NCBI GenBank assembly: GCA_947258705.1
Contig: CAMYJA010000014.1
Coordinates: forward strand, 272-64,271
DNA: 64,000 nucleotides
Source: an uncultured Hyphomicrobiaceae bacterium
GTDB taxonomy: Bacteria > Pseudomonadota > Alphaproteobacteria > Rhizobiales > CAMYJA01
Reading direction: 5' to 3'
The position numbers and the translations under genes are program-made. Every line of letters starts with the position of its first letter. The first letter of the stretch is position 1. The notes below the pieces were generated by a model. The model was not told where the DNA came from, did not search any database, and saw only the letters and a list, made by a program, of their open reading frames with translations. This document shows, piece after piece, positions 9,803 to 18,948 of this stretch.

Positions 9803-10297
9803 ATGATGAATTACAGATTCTGGAAACCGGCCCCTGCATTTCTCGCCCTGCTGCTACTTCTGACTCTGCCCGGGACCGCCCCGGCCGCGGATCGTAGCTT
9901 CAACAAGTTTGCCGGCCGCTGGACCGGTGGGGGATGGCTTGAGATGTCCTCTGGGGACCGCGAGCGCATTCGCTGTCGCGCGACCTATTTCGTGCTTGAT
10001 GGCGGCAACACGCTCAATCAGAATCTCAGATGCGCGAGCGCAAGCTACACGATTGACGCCAAAAACATATTCAACAGCAAAGGCGGCCGCATCACCGGCA
10101 GCTGGAGCGAGAAGACCTTCAATAATCAAGGCAAGGTAACCGGCAATAATTCCGGCAACAACCTCAAGCTCGTGGTGACCGGCAATGATATTTCCGCGCA
10201 GGTATCCGTCACGATCAAGGGGGCGAAACAATCGGTTGTGATGTCCTCCAAGAGCTCGAAAATCGCCAAGCTCGTCATTAATCTTAAACGCGGCTAG
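9803..10297 (+). CDS. secreted hypothetical protein, paralog B of 496..1038
   Basis: Signal peptide (FLALLLLLTLPGTAPA). It has the same conserved blocks as paralog A (WTGGGWLEMSSGDRERIRC, LRCASASY, GRITGSWSEK, LKRG). The track start at 9776 is GTG; the ATG at 9803 was chosen. Confidence 0.7.
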   Translation: MMNYRFWKPAPAFLALLLLLTLPGTAPAADRSFNKFAGRWTGGGWLEMSSGDRERIRCRATYFVLDGGNTLNQNLRCASASYTIDAKNIFNSKGGRITGSWSEKTFNNQGKVTGNNSGNNLKLVVTGNDISAQVSVTIKGAKQSVVMSSKSSKIAKLVINLKRG

Positions 10298-10327
10298 AGC
10301 AACAATCTTAAACGCGGCTAGAGCCGC
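10280..10327. repeat. 24-bp tandem duplication spanning the stop codon of paralog B
   Basis: AATCTTAAACGCGGCTAGAGC occurs at 10280..10300 and again at 10304..10324, with a 24-bp period. Confidence 0.9.
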
Positions 10328-10383
10328 GCACCATTCGGCGGTTCTTATCCTCACAACGCCGCTCCGCGATCACGCCACCGCGG

Positions 10384-13300
10384 TTATGCCGCCGCGCGGC
10401 CGCTTTCCTCCGCCAGCTCGACAAGATGGGACACGAAGTCCCTCACGCCCTTGAGCCGAACCTCGGCGTCCTGCCAGTCGCCGGCATAGACAAGCTTTTG
10501 ATCCGGATTGATGCGCACCTCCTCGGGCGCCTCGTCCCGCAGTTTGAGCAATGCTTCCGGATTGGCGAAGACATTGTCCCTGAAACCGACCTGGGCGCCT
10601 TTCGGTCCCGCGTCCACATTGGCGATGTTGGCGCGGCGGCAAAGCCCCTTGATCTCGACGATCTCCAGCAGGTGACGCACTTCGCCCGGCAGCGGCCCGA
10701 AACGGTCCTGCAGCTCGGCCGCGAAGCCATCGATTTCCTCCCGCGCCTCGAGGTTCGCCAGACGCCGGTAGAGCCCCAGCCGGATCGGCAGATCGACGAT
10801 ATAGCTTTCCGGAATGAGCGCCGAAGTGCCCAATGAGATTTGCGGCGACCACTGGTCTTCGAGTTCCGCCTCGCCGCCCTCTTTGAGAGAGGCGATGGCT
10901 TCTTCGAGAAGCGATTGATAAAGCTCGAATCCAACCTCGCGGATGTGACCCGACTGCTCCTCGCCAAGCAGGTTTCCCGAGCCCCGTATGTCGAGATCGT
11001 GGGAGGCAAGCGCGAAACCGGCGCCCAACGTGTCGAGAGACAAGAGCACCTTGAGACGCTTTTCGGCGGCCTCGGTCAGCTTGTGGTTTTCAGGAATGGT
11101 GAAATAGGCGTATGCGCGCGTCTTCGAGCGGCCCACCCGTCCGCGCAGCTGATAAAGCTGGGCCAGCCCGAACATATGCGCCTTGTGGACGATGAGTGTG
11201 TTAGCGGTCGGCACATCGAGCCCCGATTCGATGATGGTCGTCGAGAGAAGAACATCATATTGTCTGTCGTAATACGCCGTCATGATATCGTCGAGGCGGC
11301 CGGGCGCCATCTGCCCGTGCGCCTTCGCCACCTTGAGCTCGGGCACGTGCTCGGCAAGAAATTCAGACACTTCTTCGAGATCCTTGATCCTCGGCGCGAC
11401 ATAAAAACTCTGGCCACCGCGAAAACGCTCGCGCATCAGGGCTTCGCGCAGGATGAGCGGATCGACGGGCGCCACATATGTGCGAACGGCGAGGCGGTCG
11501 ACGGGGGCGGTCGTGATGAGCGAAAGTTCCCGGACGCCCGAGAGAGAAAGCTGCAATGTGCGCGGTATCGGGGTTGCGGTGAGGGTCAGCACATGCACGT
11601 CTTCGCGCATCTGCTTCAAGCGCTCCTTGTGCTGAACGCCGAAATGCTGCTCCTCGTCGATGATCAGGAGGCCGAGATCGGATATTTTCACCGATTTTCC
11701 CAGCAAGGCGTGGGTGCCGATGACGATATCGATTTCACCGGTTTCAAGCCCCGTCCTGACTTTGGCCAATGTCGCCGCGTCGACGAGGCGGGAGGCCTGG
11801 GCGACGCGGACGGGATAGTCCCGAAAGCGCTCCTCAAAGGTCTGGAAATGCTGCCGGGCGAGAAGCGTCGTCGGTACGACCACCGCAACCTGCTTGCCGT
11901 TCATCACGGCCACGAAAGCCGCTCGCATCGCAACTTCGGTCTTGCCAAAACCGACATCGCCGCAAACCAGCCGGTCCATGGGGCGGCCGCTTGCCAGATC
12001 CTCGAGAACGGCATTGACGCTCGACAATTGATCGTCTGTCTCTTCGTGGGGAAAGCGGGCGCAGAACTCCTCGTAAACACCTTCGGGACGGTTGAAGACC
12101 GGTGCCTTTTTCAGCTCCCTCTGCGCCGCCACTCCGATTAGCCGCTCGGCCATGTCGCGAATGCGCTTCTTCAGTTTCGCCTTGCGCGCCTGCCATGCAC
12201 TGCCGCCAAGGCGATCGAGATTGGCGGACGCTTCGTCGGATCCATAACGCGACAGAAGCTCGATATTCTCAACCGGCAGATAAAGCCGGTCGCCGCCATG
12301 ATATTGCAGCTCCAGGCAGTCATGGCGCGCGCCCAGGGCGTCGATGGTTTTCAGGCCGATAAATCTCCCGATGCCATGCTGGGCATGGACTATGAGGGCG
12401 CCCGGCGCCAGGGTCGAGGCCTCGGTCAGCACCTCGCTCGCCTTGCGGCTCTTGCGTTTCGGCCGCACAAGCCGGTCGCCCAATATGTCCTGTTCCGAGA
12501 TGATGGCAAGGCCGGGCGCGGTCAATCCCTCCTCGATGCCGAGAACCGAGAAAGCCGTGACGCCGGTCGCCAGCCTTTGTGCCTCATCCCAGCTCTCTAC
12601 ATTCTCAAGTCCCTCCAGCCCGTGATCGGCAAGAAGGTTTTTCAATCGCTCCCGGGCGCCGTTGCTCCAGGCGGCTATGATGGTTTTCGTGCCCTGGGAT
12701 TGCAGGCGCCGCACATGGCCGACCACGGCGTCGAAAACATTGGCCGTTTCACCATGCCGCTCCGCCGCAAAGTTGCGCCCGATCCTGCAATCGAGAGACA
12801 GCCCGCCGCCGCCCGCCGCGCCACCGCCCCCGGGAGGCGCGTTGAAGGGCGAAAAGATATATGTCCTGTGCGCGCCCAATTGCCGATCCAGCCCGGCCGG
12901 CGTCAGGAACATCATGTCCGCCGGCACCGGCTTGTAGGGCGCCGTGCCGAATGCCTCGCGTTCCAGGGTCTGCTCGCGCGAGCGGTAATGCTCGTCGATC
13001 TGCTCGAACCGCGCCTTGATCGATGCATCGCTATTGTGGTCGAGACTGATTTCAAGCCCGTCGCCGAGATAGTCGAAGAGGGTTTCGAGTTTTTCGTGAA
13101 ACAGCGGCAGCCAGTGTTCCATGCCCTGATAGCGGACGCCCGCATTTATCGCCTGATAGAGTGGATCTTCGGTCGTGACCGCGCCGAACAGCTCGACATA
13201 GCGCTGGCGAAAGGCCGACCGGGTATTCTTGTCGAACCCGGCCTCGCTGACGGGCAGCAGCACCAGGCGCCCGACCGGTTTCGTCGTGCGCTGCGTTTCG

Positions 13301-13905
13301 GGGTCGAATGATTTGAGACTTTCAAGCGTGTCGCCGAAGAAATCGAGACGCACGGGTGCGGCCCGGCCCGGCGGAAAGAGATCGACAATACCACCGCGCA
13401 AAGCATATTCTCCCGGCTCCATGACCGTCGAGGCCCGGCTAAAGCCCATGCGCTCCAGGCGTGCTGAAAACCGCGCGATGTCCATGCGTTGCCCCGGCGC
13501 GATCGACCTGATTTCCGATTTAATGTGGGCGCGCGCGGGGATGCGCTGCAATATGGCGTTGACGGTGGCAAGGACGAGTGTCGGCCCCTTGCGCTTGCCC
13601 GCCGCCAGCCGCGCCATGGCGCTCATCCGGCGGGCGACGATGGCCGCATTGGGCGATACCCGGTCATAGGGCACGCTGTCCCATGCCGGAAACTGTATTA
13701 TGGTCATACCGGGCGCGAAAAATCCGAGCGCGCCGATCAGCGCTTCCATGCGCCGGTCGTCGCGCGCGATGTGCAGGGCCAGCGGGGATGGCTCGCCCGC
13801 GCCCACGCGTTCCTTCAACTGTTCACCGAGATATTTCGCGTCGATGCCTTCGGGCGCGTTTGCGACAATGCGCGGTCCGGTTGGTTCTGCCTCTTCGATG
13901 CTCAT
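10384..13905 (-). CDS. mfd: transcription-repair coupling factor
   Basis: 1173-aa ORF with helicase motifs GDVGFGKTEVA, DEEQHFGV and TATPIPRTL, in the Mfd domain order. Confidence 0.95.
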   Translation of the reverse strand: MSIEEAEPTGPRIVANAPEGIDAKYLGEQLKERVGAGEPSPLALHIARDDRRMEALIGALGFFAPGMTIIQFPAWDSVPYDRVSPNAAIVARRMSAMARLAAGKRKGPTLVLATVNAILQRIPARAHIKSEIRSIAPGQRMDIARFSARLERMGFSRASTVMEPGEYALRGGIVDLFPPGRAAPVRLDFFGDTLESLKSFDPETQRTTKPVGRLVLLPVSEAGFDKNTRSAFRQRYVELFGAVTTEDPLYQAINAGVRYQGMEHWLPLFHEKLETLFDYLGDGLEISLDHNSDASIKARFEQIDEHYRSREQTLEREAFGTAPYKPVPADMMFLTPAGLDRQLGAHRTYIFSPFNAPPGGGGAAGGGGLSLDCRIGRNFAAERHGETANVFDAVVGHVRRLQSQGTKTIIAAWSNGARERLKNLLADHGLEGLENVESWDEAQRLATGVTAFSVLGIEEGLTAPGLAIISEQDILGDRLVRPKRKSRKASEVLTEASTLAPGALIVHAQHGIGRFIGLKTIDALGARHDCLELQYHGGDRLYLPVENIELLSRYGSDEASANLDRLGGSAWQARKAKLKKRIRDMAERLIGVAAQRELKKAPVFNRPEGVYEEFCARFPHEETDDQLSSVNAVLEDLASGRPMDRLVCGDVGFGKTEVAMRAAFVAVMNGKQVAVVVPTTLLARQHFQTFEERFRDYPVRVAQASRLVDAATLAKVRTGLETGEIDIVIGTHALLGKSVKISDLGLLIIDEEQHFGVQHKERLKQMREDVHVLTLTATPIPRTLQLSLSGVRELSLITTAPVDRLAVRTYVAPVDPLILREALMRERFRGGQSFYVAPRIKDLEEVSEFLAEHVPELKVAKAHGQMAPGRLDDIMTAYYDRQYDVLLSTTIIESGLDVPTANTLIVHKAHMFGLAQLYQLRGRVGRSKTRAYAYFTIPENHKLTEAAEKRLKVLLSLDTLGAGFALASHDLDIRGSGNLLGEEQSGHIREVGFELYQSLLEEAIASLKEGGEAELEDQWSPQISLGTSALIPESYIVDLPIRLGLYRRLANLEAREEIDGFAAELQDRFGPLPGEVRHLLEIVEIKGLCRRANIANVDAGPKGAQVGFRDNVFANPEALLKLRDEAPEEVRINPDQKLVYAGDWQDAEVRLKGVRDFVSHLVELAEESGRAAA

Positions 13906-13957
13906 ATTTTCTGCGTCGCGTCCTCAGCCGTCAATTTCACCGTGTCCGGTCATGGCC

Positions 13958-14266
13958 TCAGGCTCCTATGCCGTGAAAATCACGGAGCTTTCGCACCAAT
14001 GTTTGATATTCCGGATGGGAGACATCGTCCTTGTTCAGGATCATGTTTTGCAACTCAGGATCGGGAAGCCTGAGAAAGGCTTCAAAAAACTCAAGCGCCT
14101 CAAAATCCATGCCGTCCAGCCTGGCCTCTGCATATCGTCCGAGCAGCCAGTCCATTTCCATCGTGCCGCGGTGGGTCGCTCGAAAAAGCGCCCGTTTGCG
14201 CCGCACTTCCAGTTCATCCACCACGCATCGCCTCTCATGATCCTGCCCGTCATCAAACCGGTTCAA
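13958..14266 (-). CDS. sdhE: succinate dehydrogenase flavinylation factor (SdhE/SdhAF2 family)
   Basis: 102-aa ORF with RRKRALFRATHRGTMEMDWLLGRY...LPDPEL, typical of the Sdh5/SdhE family. Its position between mfd and recG is common in Alphaproteobacteria. Confidence 0.8.
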   Translation of the reverse strand: MNRFDDGQDHERRCVVDELEVRRKRALFRATHRGTMEMDWLLGRYAEARLDGMDFEALEFFEAFLRLPDPELQNMILNKDDVSHPEYQTLVRKLRDFHGIGA

Positions 14267-14454
14267 CCTGGTTTATTCTGCGTTTATCCTGCGTTTAAGT
14301 TGCTTTTATACAGGCGTCCGTTTGATGGCGGCAACGCCTTCAATTGCGCGCTACCGTAGCCAGTCTGTATAGCGAGCCAGATTCAATCTGTCAGTGAATA
14401 TCTCGCGCGGCACCCTTGTTCAATACCCGTGCCCGCGCTAAGCCCACGCCTATC

Positions 14455-16566
14455 ATGCGCCCTGCCATTCTCACACCGGTTTTTGCGACCGCCCAAAGCC
14501 TCGAAGGCGTCGGCCCGCGAGTCGTCGATCTCCTGAAGAAAGCGCTGCGCCAGAGCCAGGACGCGCACGAACCCCGGGTTCTCGATTTGCTCAAGCACTG
14601 CCCGACCGGCGTCGTCGACCGCAGCTTCCGGCCGCAAATCAAGGATGCCACGCCCGGCGTCATTGCGACGTTGCAGATCCGTGTCCTGAAGCACAATGCG
14701 CCGCCGGGAAAATCGCGCGCGCCCTACCGGGTGATCTGCGAGGATGAGACCGGCCGCATCGCTCTCGTCTTTTTCCGCGCCAATGCCCGCTATCTGCAAA
14801 AGCAGCTGCCGATGGGCGAGATCCGCGTGGTCAGCGGACGCGTCGAGCAATATGGAGATGCATTGCAGATGCCTCACCCGGACTATATCGTTCCGCTCGA
14901 CGAAATCGACCGCATGCCGCTGATTGAACCCGTTTACCCGATGACCGCGGGTCTTTCGCCGAAAGTGCTGGTCCATGCCATAGACCAGTCGCTCAGCCGA
15001 TTGCCCGATCTCGATGAATGGCAGGATGGCGCATGGCTCAGGCAACAGGGCTGGGGCGGTTTCAGGGAATCGCTTGTCCACATCCATAAACCCGAAAGCG
15101 CCGCCGACCTGTCCTTGAACGGCGCGCCACGGCGGCGTCTGGCCTATGACGAGTTGCTGGCCAATCAGCTGGCGCTGGCCATCGTCCGCAGGTCCATGCA
15201 GGCGGCTCCCGGGCGTTCGGTTGAGGGCAATGGCGAAATCACGAAAAAAATCCTTAGCGCCCTGCCCTTTGAGCTGACCAGGTCACAGAAAGGCGCGTTT
15301 GAGGAAATCAAGGCGGATATGGCGGGCAAGGGGCGTATGCTGCGCCTGTTGCAGGGCGATGTGGGCAGCGGCAAAACGGTGGTTGCCCTGCTCGCCATGG
15401 CGGTTGCCAATGAAGCCTCCGCTCAATCGGCGCTGATGGCGCCGACGGAAGTCCTTGCCCGGCAGCACTACAAGACCATCGAACCGCTGGCCGTGGCGGC
15501 AGGACTTGAAGTGGCGCTCCTGACCGGCCGGGACAAGGGCCGCGGCCGGCGCGATATGCTTGAGCGGCTCGAAGACGGGAAAATCGATATATTGATCGGC
15601 ACCCATGCGATCTTTCAGGAAGATGTTGCCTATAAGAACCTTGCTTTCGTCGTGATCGACGAGCAGCATCGCTTCGGCGTTCATCAGCGCCTTGCGCTTC
15701 AGGCCAAGGGCGGCGCACAGGGCGTCGAAACCCTGGTCATGACGGCGACGCCTATACCGCGCACGCTCCTGATGACCCATTATGGCGATCTTGAAGTGTC
15801 CAAGCTTCTCGAAAAGCCGGCCGGACGCAAGCCGATAACGACGCGCGCTGTCGCCCTTGACCGGCTCGATGACGTGCTTCAGGGGCTCGGCAGGGCGATC
15901 GAGTCCGGCGCCCAGATTTACTGGGTCTGCCCTCTGGTGGAGGAATCCGAGGTATTGCGCATCACACCGGCCGAGGAGCGTTACGCTCATCTCCGGCAAT
16001 ATTTCGGCGACAAGGTCGCGCTCGTGCACGGGCAGATGAAGGGGGAGGAAAAAGACGAGGTCATGCGCGCATTCTCGGAAGGGGAGACCGCGGTGCTGGT
16101 TGCGACAACCGTCATCGAGGTCGGTGTCGACGTGCCCAATGCCACGATCATCGTCATCGAACATGCCGAACGCTTCGGACTGTCGCAGCTTCATCAGCTT
16201 CGCGGCAGGGTCGGTCGCGGCGAACGGCAATCATCATGCATCCTCCTCTATGACAAGCCGCTCGGCAATACGGCGAAATCCCGCCTCGACATCATGCGCC
16301 GGACCGAGGACGGTTTTCTGATTGCGGAAGAAGATCTCAGATTGCGGGGCGGCGGTGAAATTCTCGGCGCCCGACAAAGCGGCGAGGCCAGCTTCAACCT
16401 GGCCGAAATCCCTGATTTCAAGGAATTGCTCGAGGCCGCACATGACGATGCGGCGCTGATCCTCAACAGGGATCCCGGATTGAAGTCCGATCGCGGGCGC
16501 GCGCTCCGCAACTTGCTGTACCTGTTCGACCGCGATGAGGCGGTTCTGCTTTTCAGGGCAGGTTGA
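14455..16566 (+). CDS. recG: ATP-dependent DNA helicase RecG
   Basis: Motifs GDVGSGKTVVA, VIDEQHRFGV and MTATPIPRTL. Start moved to ATG 14455 (MRPAILTPVF). Confidence 0.95.
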   Translation: MRPAILTPVFATAQSLEGVGPRVVDLLKKALRQSQDAHEPRVLDLLKHCPTGVVDRSFRPQIKDATPGVIATLQIRVLKHNAPPGKSRAPYRVICEDETGRIALVFFRANARYLQKQLPMGEIRVVSGRVEQYGDALQMPHPDYIVPLDEIDRMPLIEPVYPMTAGLSPKVLVHAIDQSLSRLPDLDEWQDGAWLRQQGWGGFRESLVHIHKPESAADLSLNGAPRRRLAYDELLANQLALAIVRRSMQAAPGRSVEGNGEITKKILSALPFELTRSQKGAFEEIKADMAGKGRMLRLLQGDVGSGKTVVALLAMAVANEASAQSALMAPTEVLARQHYKTIEPLAVAAGLEVALLTGRDKGRGRRDMLERLEDGKIDILIGTHAIFQEDVAYKNLAFVVIDEQHRFGVHQRLALQAKGGAQGVETLVMTATPIPRTLLMTHYGDLEVSKLLEKPAGRKPITTRAVALDRLDDVLQGLGRAIESGAQIYWVCPLVEESEVLRITPAEERYAHLRQYFGDKVALVHGQMKGEEKDEVMRAFSEGETAVLVATTVIEVGVDVPNATIIVIEHAERFGLSQLHQLRGRVGRGERQSSCILLYDKPLGNTAKSRLDIMRRTEDGFLIAEEDLRLRGGGEILGARQSGEASFNLAEIPDFKELLEAAHDDAALILNRDPGLKSDRGRALRNLLYLFDRDEAVLLFRAG

Positions 16567-16584
16567 TCCTGCCGTCGCCGCGTT

Positions 16585-17394
16585 CTACGCGGCCGGCTCG
16601 ACCTTTTCAGGACTGTCGTCTTTTTTCGCCGCCCCGGCTTTCGCCTCCTCGGCGAGTACTTCGAGATTTTCGGTGTATGCCGGCGTGACGAGCCCGGCGG
16701 AGATGACAAGTTTGGCGGCTTCTTCCACGCTCATGTCCAGAATGTGAATTTCATTGCTCGGCACGAACAGCAAAAAACCAGATGTCGGGTTGGGTGTCGT
16801 CGGAAGAAACACACTGATCGGCTCGGCGCCGTGGGGGAGTTTTTCGACCAGTTCGCCCGACGTCTCGGTTGCGACGAAGACGATCGCATAAATGCCCTTG
16901 CGCGGATATTCGATCAGCCCGACATTCTTAAAACTCGTGTTGGACTGCGACAGAACCGTTTCGAATATCTGCTTGAGAGCACGGTAGACATTTCGCACGA
17001 CCGGCATTCTTCCGACCACCGTCTCGCCATAACCGACAATCGTGCGGCCGAACAGATTGGCCGCCAGGGCGCCGACAATGATCATTGCGCCGATGGCGAA
17101 AACCAGCCCCGCGCCGGGGATGTGAAATGGCAGATAGGTGTCGGGATTATACGCATCGGGCACCAGGGGCTTGACCCAGGCATCGACGATATCGACGAAA
17201 CCCCAGAGAATGTAAACGGTGATGCTGATCGGGCCGACTATGATCAGTCCGGTGAGAAAATAGTTGCGCATGCGCGTGCCGAGACCGGCATGTTTGACCG
17301 GCTCATCAAAATCGGCCAGCTTGGCTAGCCCTTCATGATGTTCGGGGTTCACGTCCGCGCCTGTTTTCTGCTTTTTGTCCGTCTTATCGTTCAT
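16585..17394 (-). CDS. DUF502-family membrane protein
   Basis: 269-aa ORF with two N-terminal TM helices and the block GRMPVVRNVYRALKQIFETVL, typical of DUF502. Confidence 0.7.
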   Translation of the reverse strand: MNDKTDKKQKTGADVNPEHHEGLAKLADFDEPVKHAGLGTRMRNYFLTGLIIVGPISITVYILWGFVDIVDAWVKPLVPDAYNPDTYLPFHIPGAGLVFAIGAMIIVGALAANLFGRTIVGYGETVVGRMPVVRNVYRALKQIFETVLSQSNTSFKNVGLIEYPRKGIYAIVFVATETSGELVEKLPHGAEPISVFLPTTPNPTSGFLLFVPSNEIHILDMSVEEAAKLVISAGLVTPAYTENLEVLAEEAKAGAAKKDDSPEKVEPAA

Positions 17395-17553
17395 TGCCGA
17401 CCAATACCCTCATGGGGAGAAGCTGATTGTTGAGCTCAATATCGAGATGGGTTGTCATGTTCGACTTATCAATATGGCTCAAAGTGCCGTCAATATAGAA
17501 CGAATATGTAGGAATTTATATAACGGGAATTTTTGTCCGGGCCAGCCGGGGTA

Positions 17554-18834
17554 TCAGCGCGCCACGGGGAAACAATCGAGACCCGTCGCACGCAGCTTGT
17601 TGCATGTTCTGAGCGCCGTTTTCTCGCTCTCGAAGGCTTCGAGCCTGACCCGGTAAAATGTTCCCATATTGCCCATGACGGCCTCGTCGATCCGCGCCGG
17701 ATGCCGGGCCACGACGGTGCTGTGATTCGCGTTCAGATTGCTGACGATCGTGCTTGCTTCATCCTTGCTGCGGACGGTTGCGATTTGCAGCTTGACCCGG
17801 CCTTTTGGTCGCTGTGCCTTTTTTGCCGGCGTTTGGGGTGCGGCTTTTTCGGGCGTCGGCTTTTTGACATCGACCGCTGCGGTTTGCGCAGGCTTTGCGG
17901 CTGATTGCGCCGGTTTCGACGATCCGCCAAACCAGTTTCCGAAATATGACGAAATGCCGCCGGATCCGCTTGCCCCCGGCGATGACTGGCCGATCGAGCC
18001 CTGTGGCGCGCCCTGATCGATATTTGCAGCCCAGCCGGTCGTCACCTGCTTGACCGGTGCTTTGGGCTTGGCGCGCGCAATAACTGCCGGTTTGACCTGG
18101 GGTTTGGCCGGTTTTTTCACCGATGGCTTGACCGCTTTTTTAGGTGCCTGGGTTACGGAATTCACCGCTGGCGCCGTCGCTACCACCGTGCCCGATGATC
18201 CGCTGCCTGACGATCCGCCGAATATATTACCGAAAAAGCCGGTGATGCCCGATGTCAGTCCGCCTCCGGCCGGTTTGTTTGTTGCGGCTCCCGGCTGTGT
18301 CGCCGAAGTCGTCACCCATGTGGAGGATTTTGAGCTGTCCTGCGCGTTTGTTGCGGGCTTGGCCCGTTTGGCGGGTGTGGCTGAGGTTGCGGATTTGGCC
18401 GGCAGTTTGCTCGCGAGGCGGTTGGCTTCGGCCATGTCGCTTTTAGCGCGTCCGCTCTCGCCGCCGCTATCATAAGCCTGGGAGCGATGTTTAAGCGCGT
18501 CGGCACGCTCGGCCGGGCTTAGTCCTCCAAGCCAGATGGCATTGGTGAGGTCGGCGATGGATTGCGCCGGTTTTTTCAGAGCACGGTATGCGATGCCCCG
18601 GTAATAGAGTGCTTTCGACATGTCGGACGTGCTGAGCTTGCCGGCGCCCAGTGCCTTGTCGAGGGCCTTGACCGCCGCAGCGTGCCTGTTCTGTTTGATC
18701 GCATCGCTTGCGGCGTCCAGTACCGGATCGGCCGCCCGTGAAGGCGATCCGGGCACCGCCAGCATCAGCGCCATGGCTATTGCGGCCGCGTATCGCGCCC
18801 GTTTTTTCATGCGTTCGGTCTTTGTAGCCATCAA
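17554..18834 (-). CDS. SPOR-domain protein with TPR-like N-terminal region
   Basis: Signal peptide, a long Ala/Pro/Lys/Ser low-complexity linker, and a C-terminal SPOR-like block (LQIATVRSKDEASTIV...FYRVRLEAF). Confidence 0.7.
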   Translation of the reverse strand: MMATKTERMKKRARYAAAIAMALMLAVPGSPSRAADPVLDAASDAIKQNRHAAAVKALDKALGAGKLSTSDMSKALYYRGIAYRALKKPAQSIADLTNAIWLGGLSPAERADALKHRSQAYDSGGESGRAKSDMAEANRLASKLPAKSATSATPAKRAKPATNAQDSSKSSTWVTTSATQPGAATNKPAGGGLTSGITGFFGNIFGGSSGSGSSGTVVATAPAVNSVTQAPKKAVKPSVKKPAKPQVKPAVIARAKPKAPVKQVTTGWAANIDQGAPQGSIGQSSPGASGSGGISSYFGNWFGGSSKPAQSAAKPAQTAAVDVKKPTPEKAAPQTPAKKAQRPKGRVKLQIATVRSKDEASTIVSNLNANHSTVVARHPARIDEAVMGNMGTFYRVRLEAFESEKTALRTCNKLRATGLDCFPVAR

Positions 18835-18948
18835 AATATAATCCCGGATGTCCAGACATTAGAGAGAATCACGAGACGGGGTAACTCTGCCGTCAGTCTA
18901 CGTCATGCACATCTTTGAGGCAAATAGACGACCTGCATCATCCAGCAT

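Noticed and set aside
10840-13311. Long plus-strand ORFs (433 aa and 337 aa) antisense to mfd. Similar long antisense ORFs lie opposite the RND gene (1566..2321), recG (15283..16230), glmU (21047..22213), the PrpD gene (23957..25036), uvrC (56262..56954) and the kinase (61710..62702).
   Set aside because: They are Arg/Gly/Ala/His-rich with no motifs. Each lies fully inside a gene with unmistakable conserved motifs on the other strand. This is the usual stop-codon-poor antisense frame of GC-rich coding DNA.
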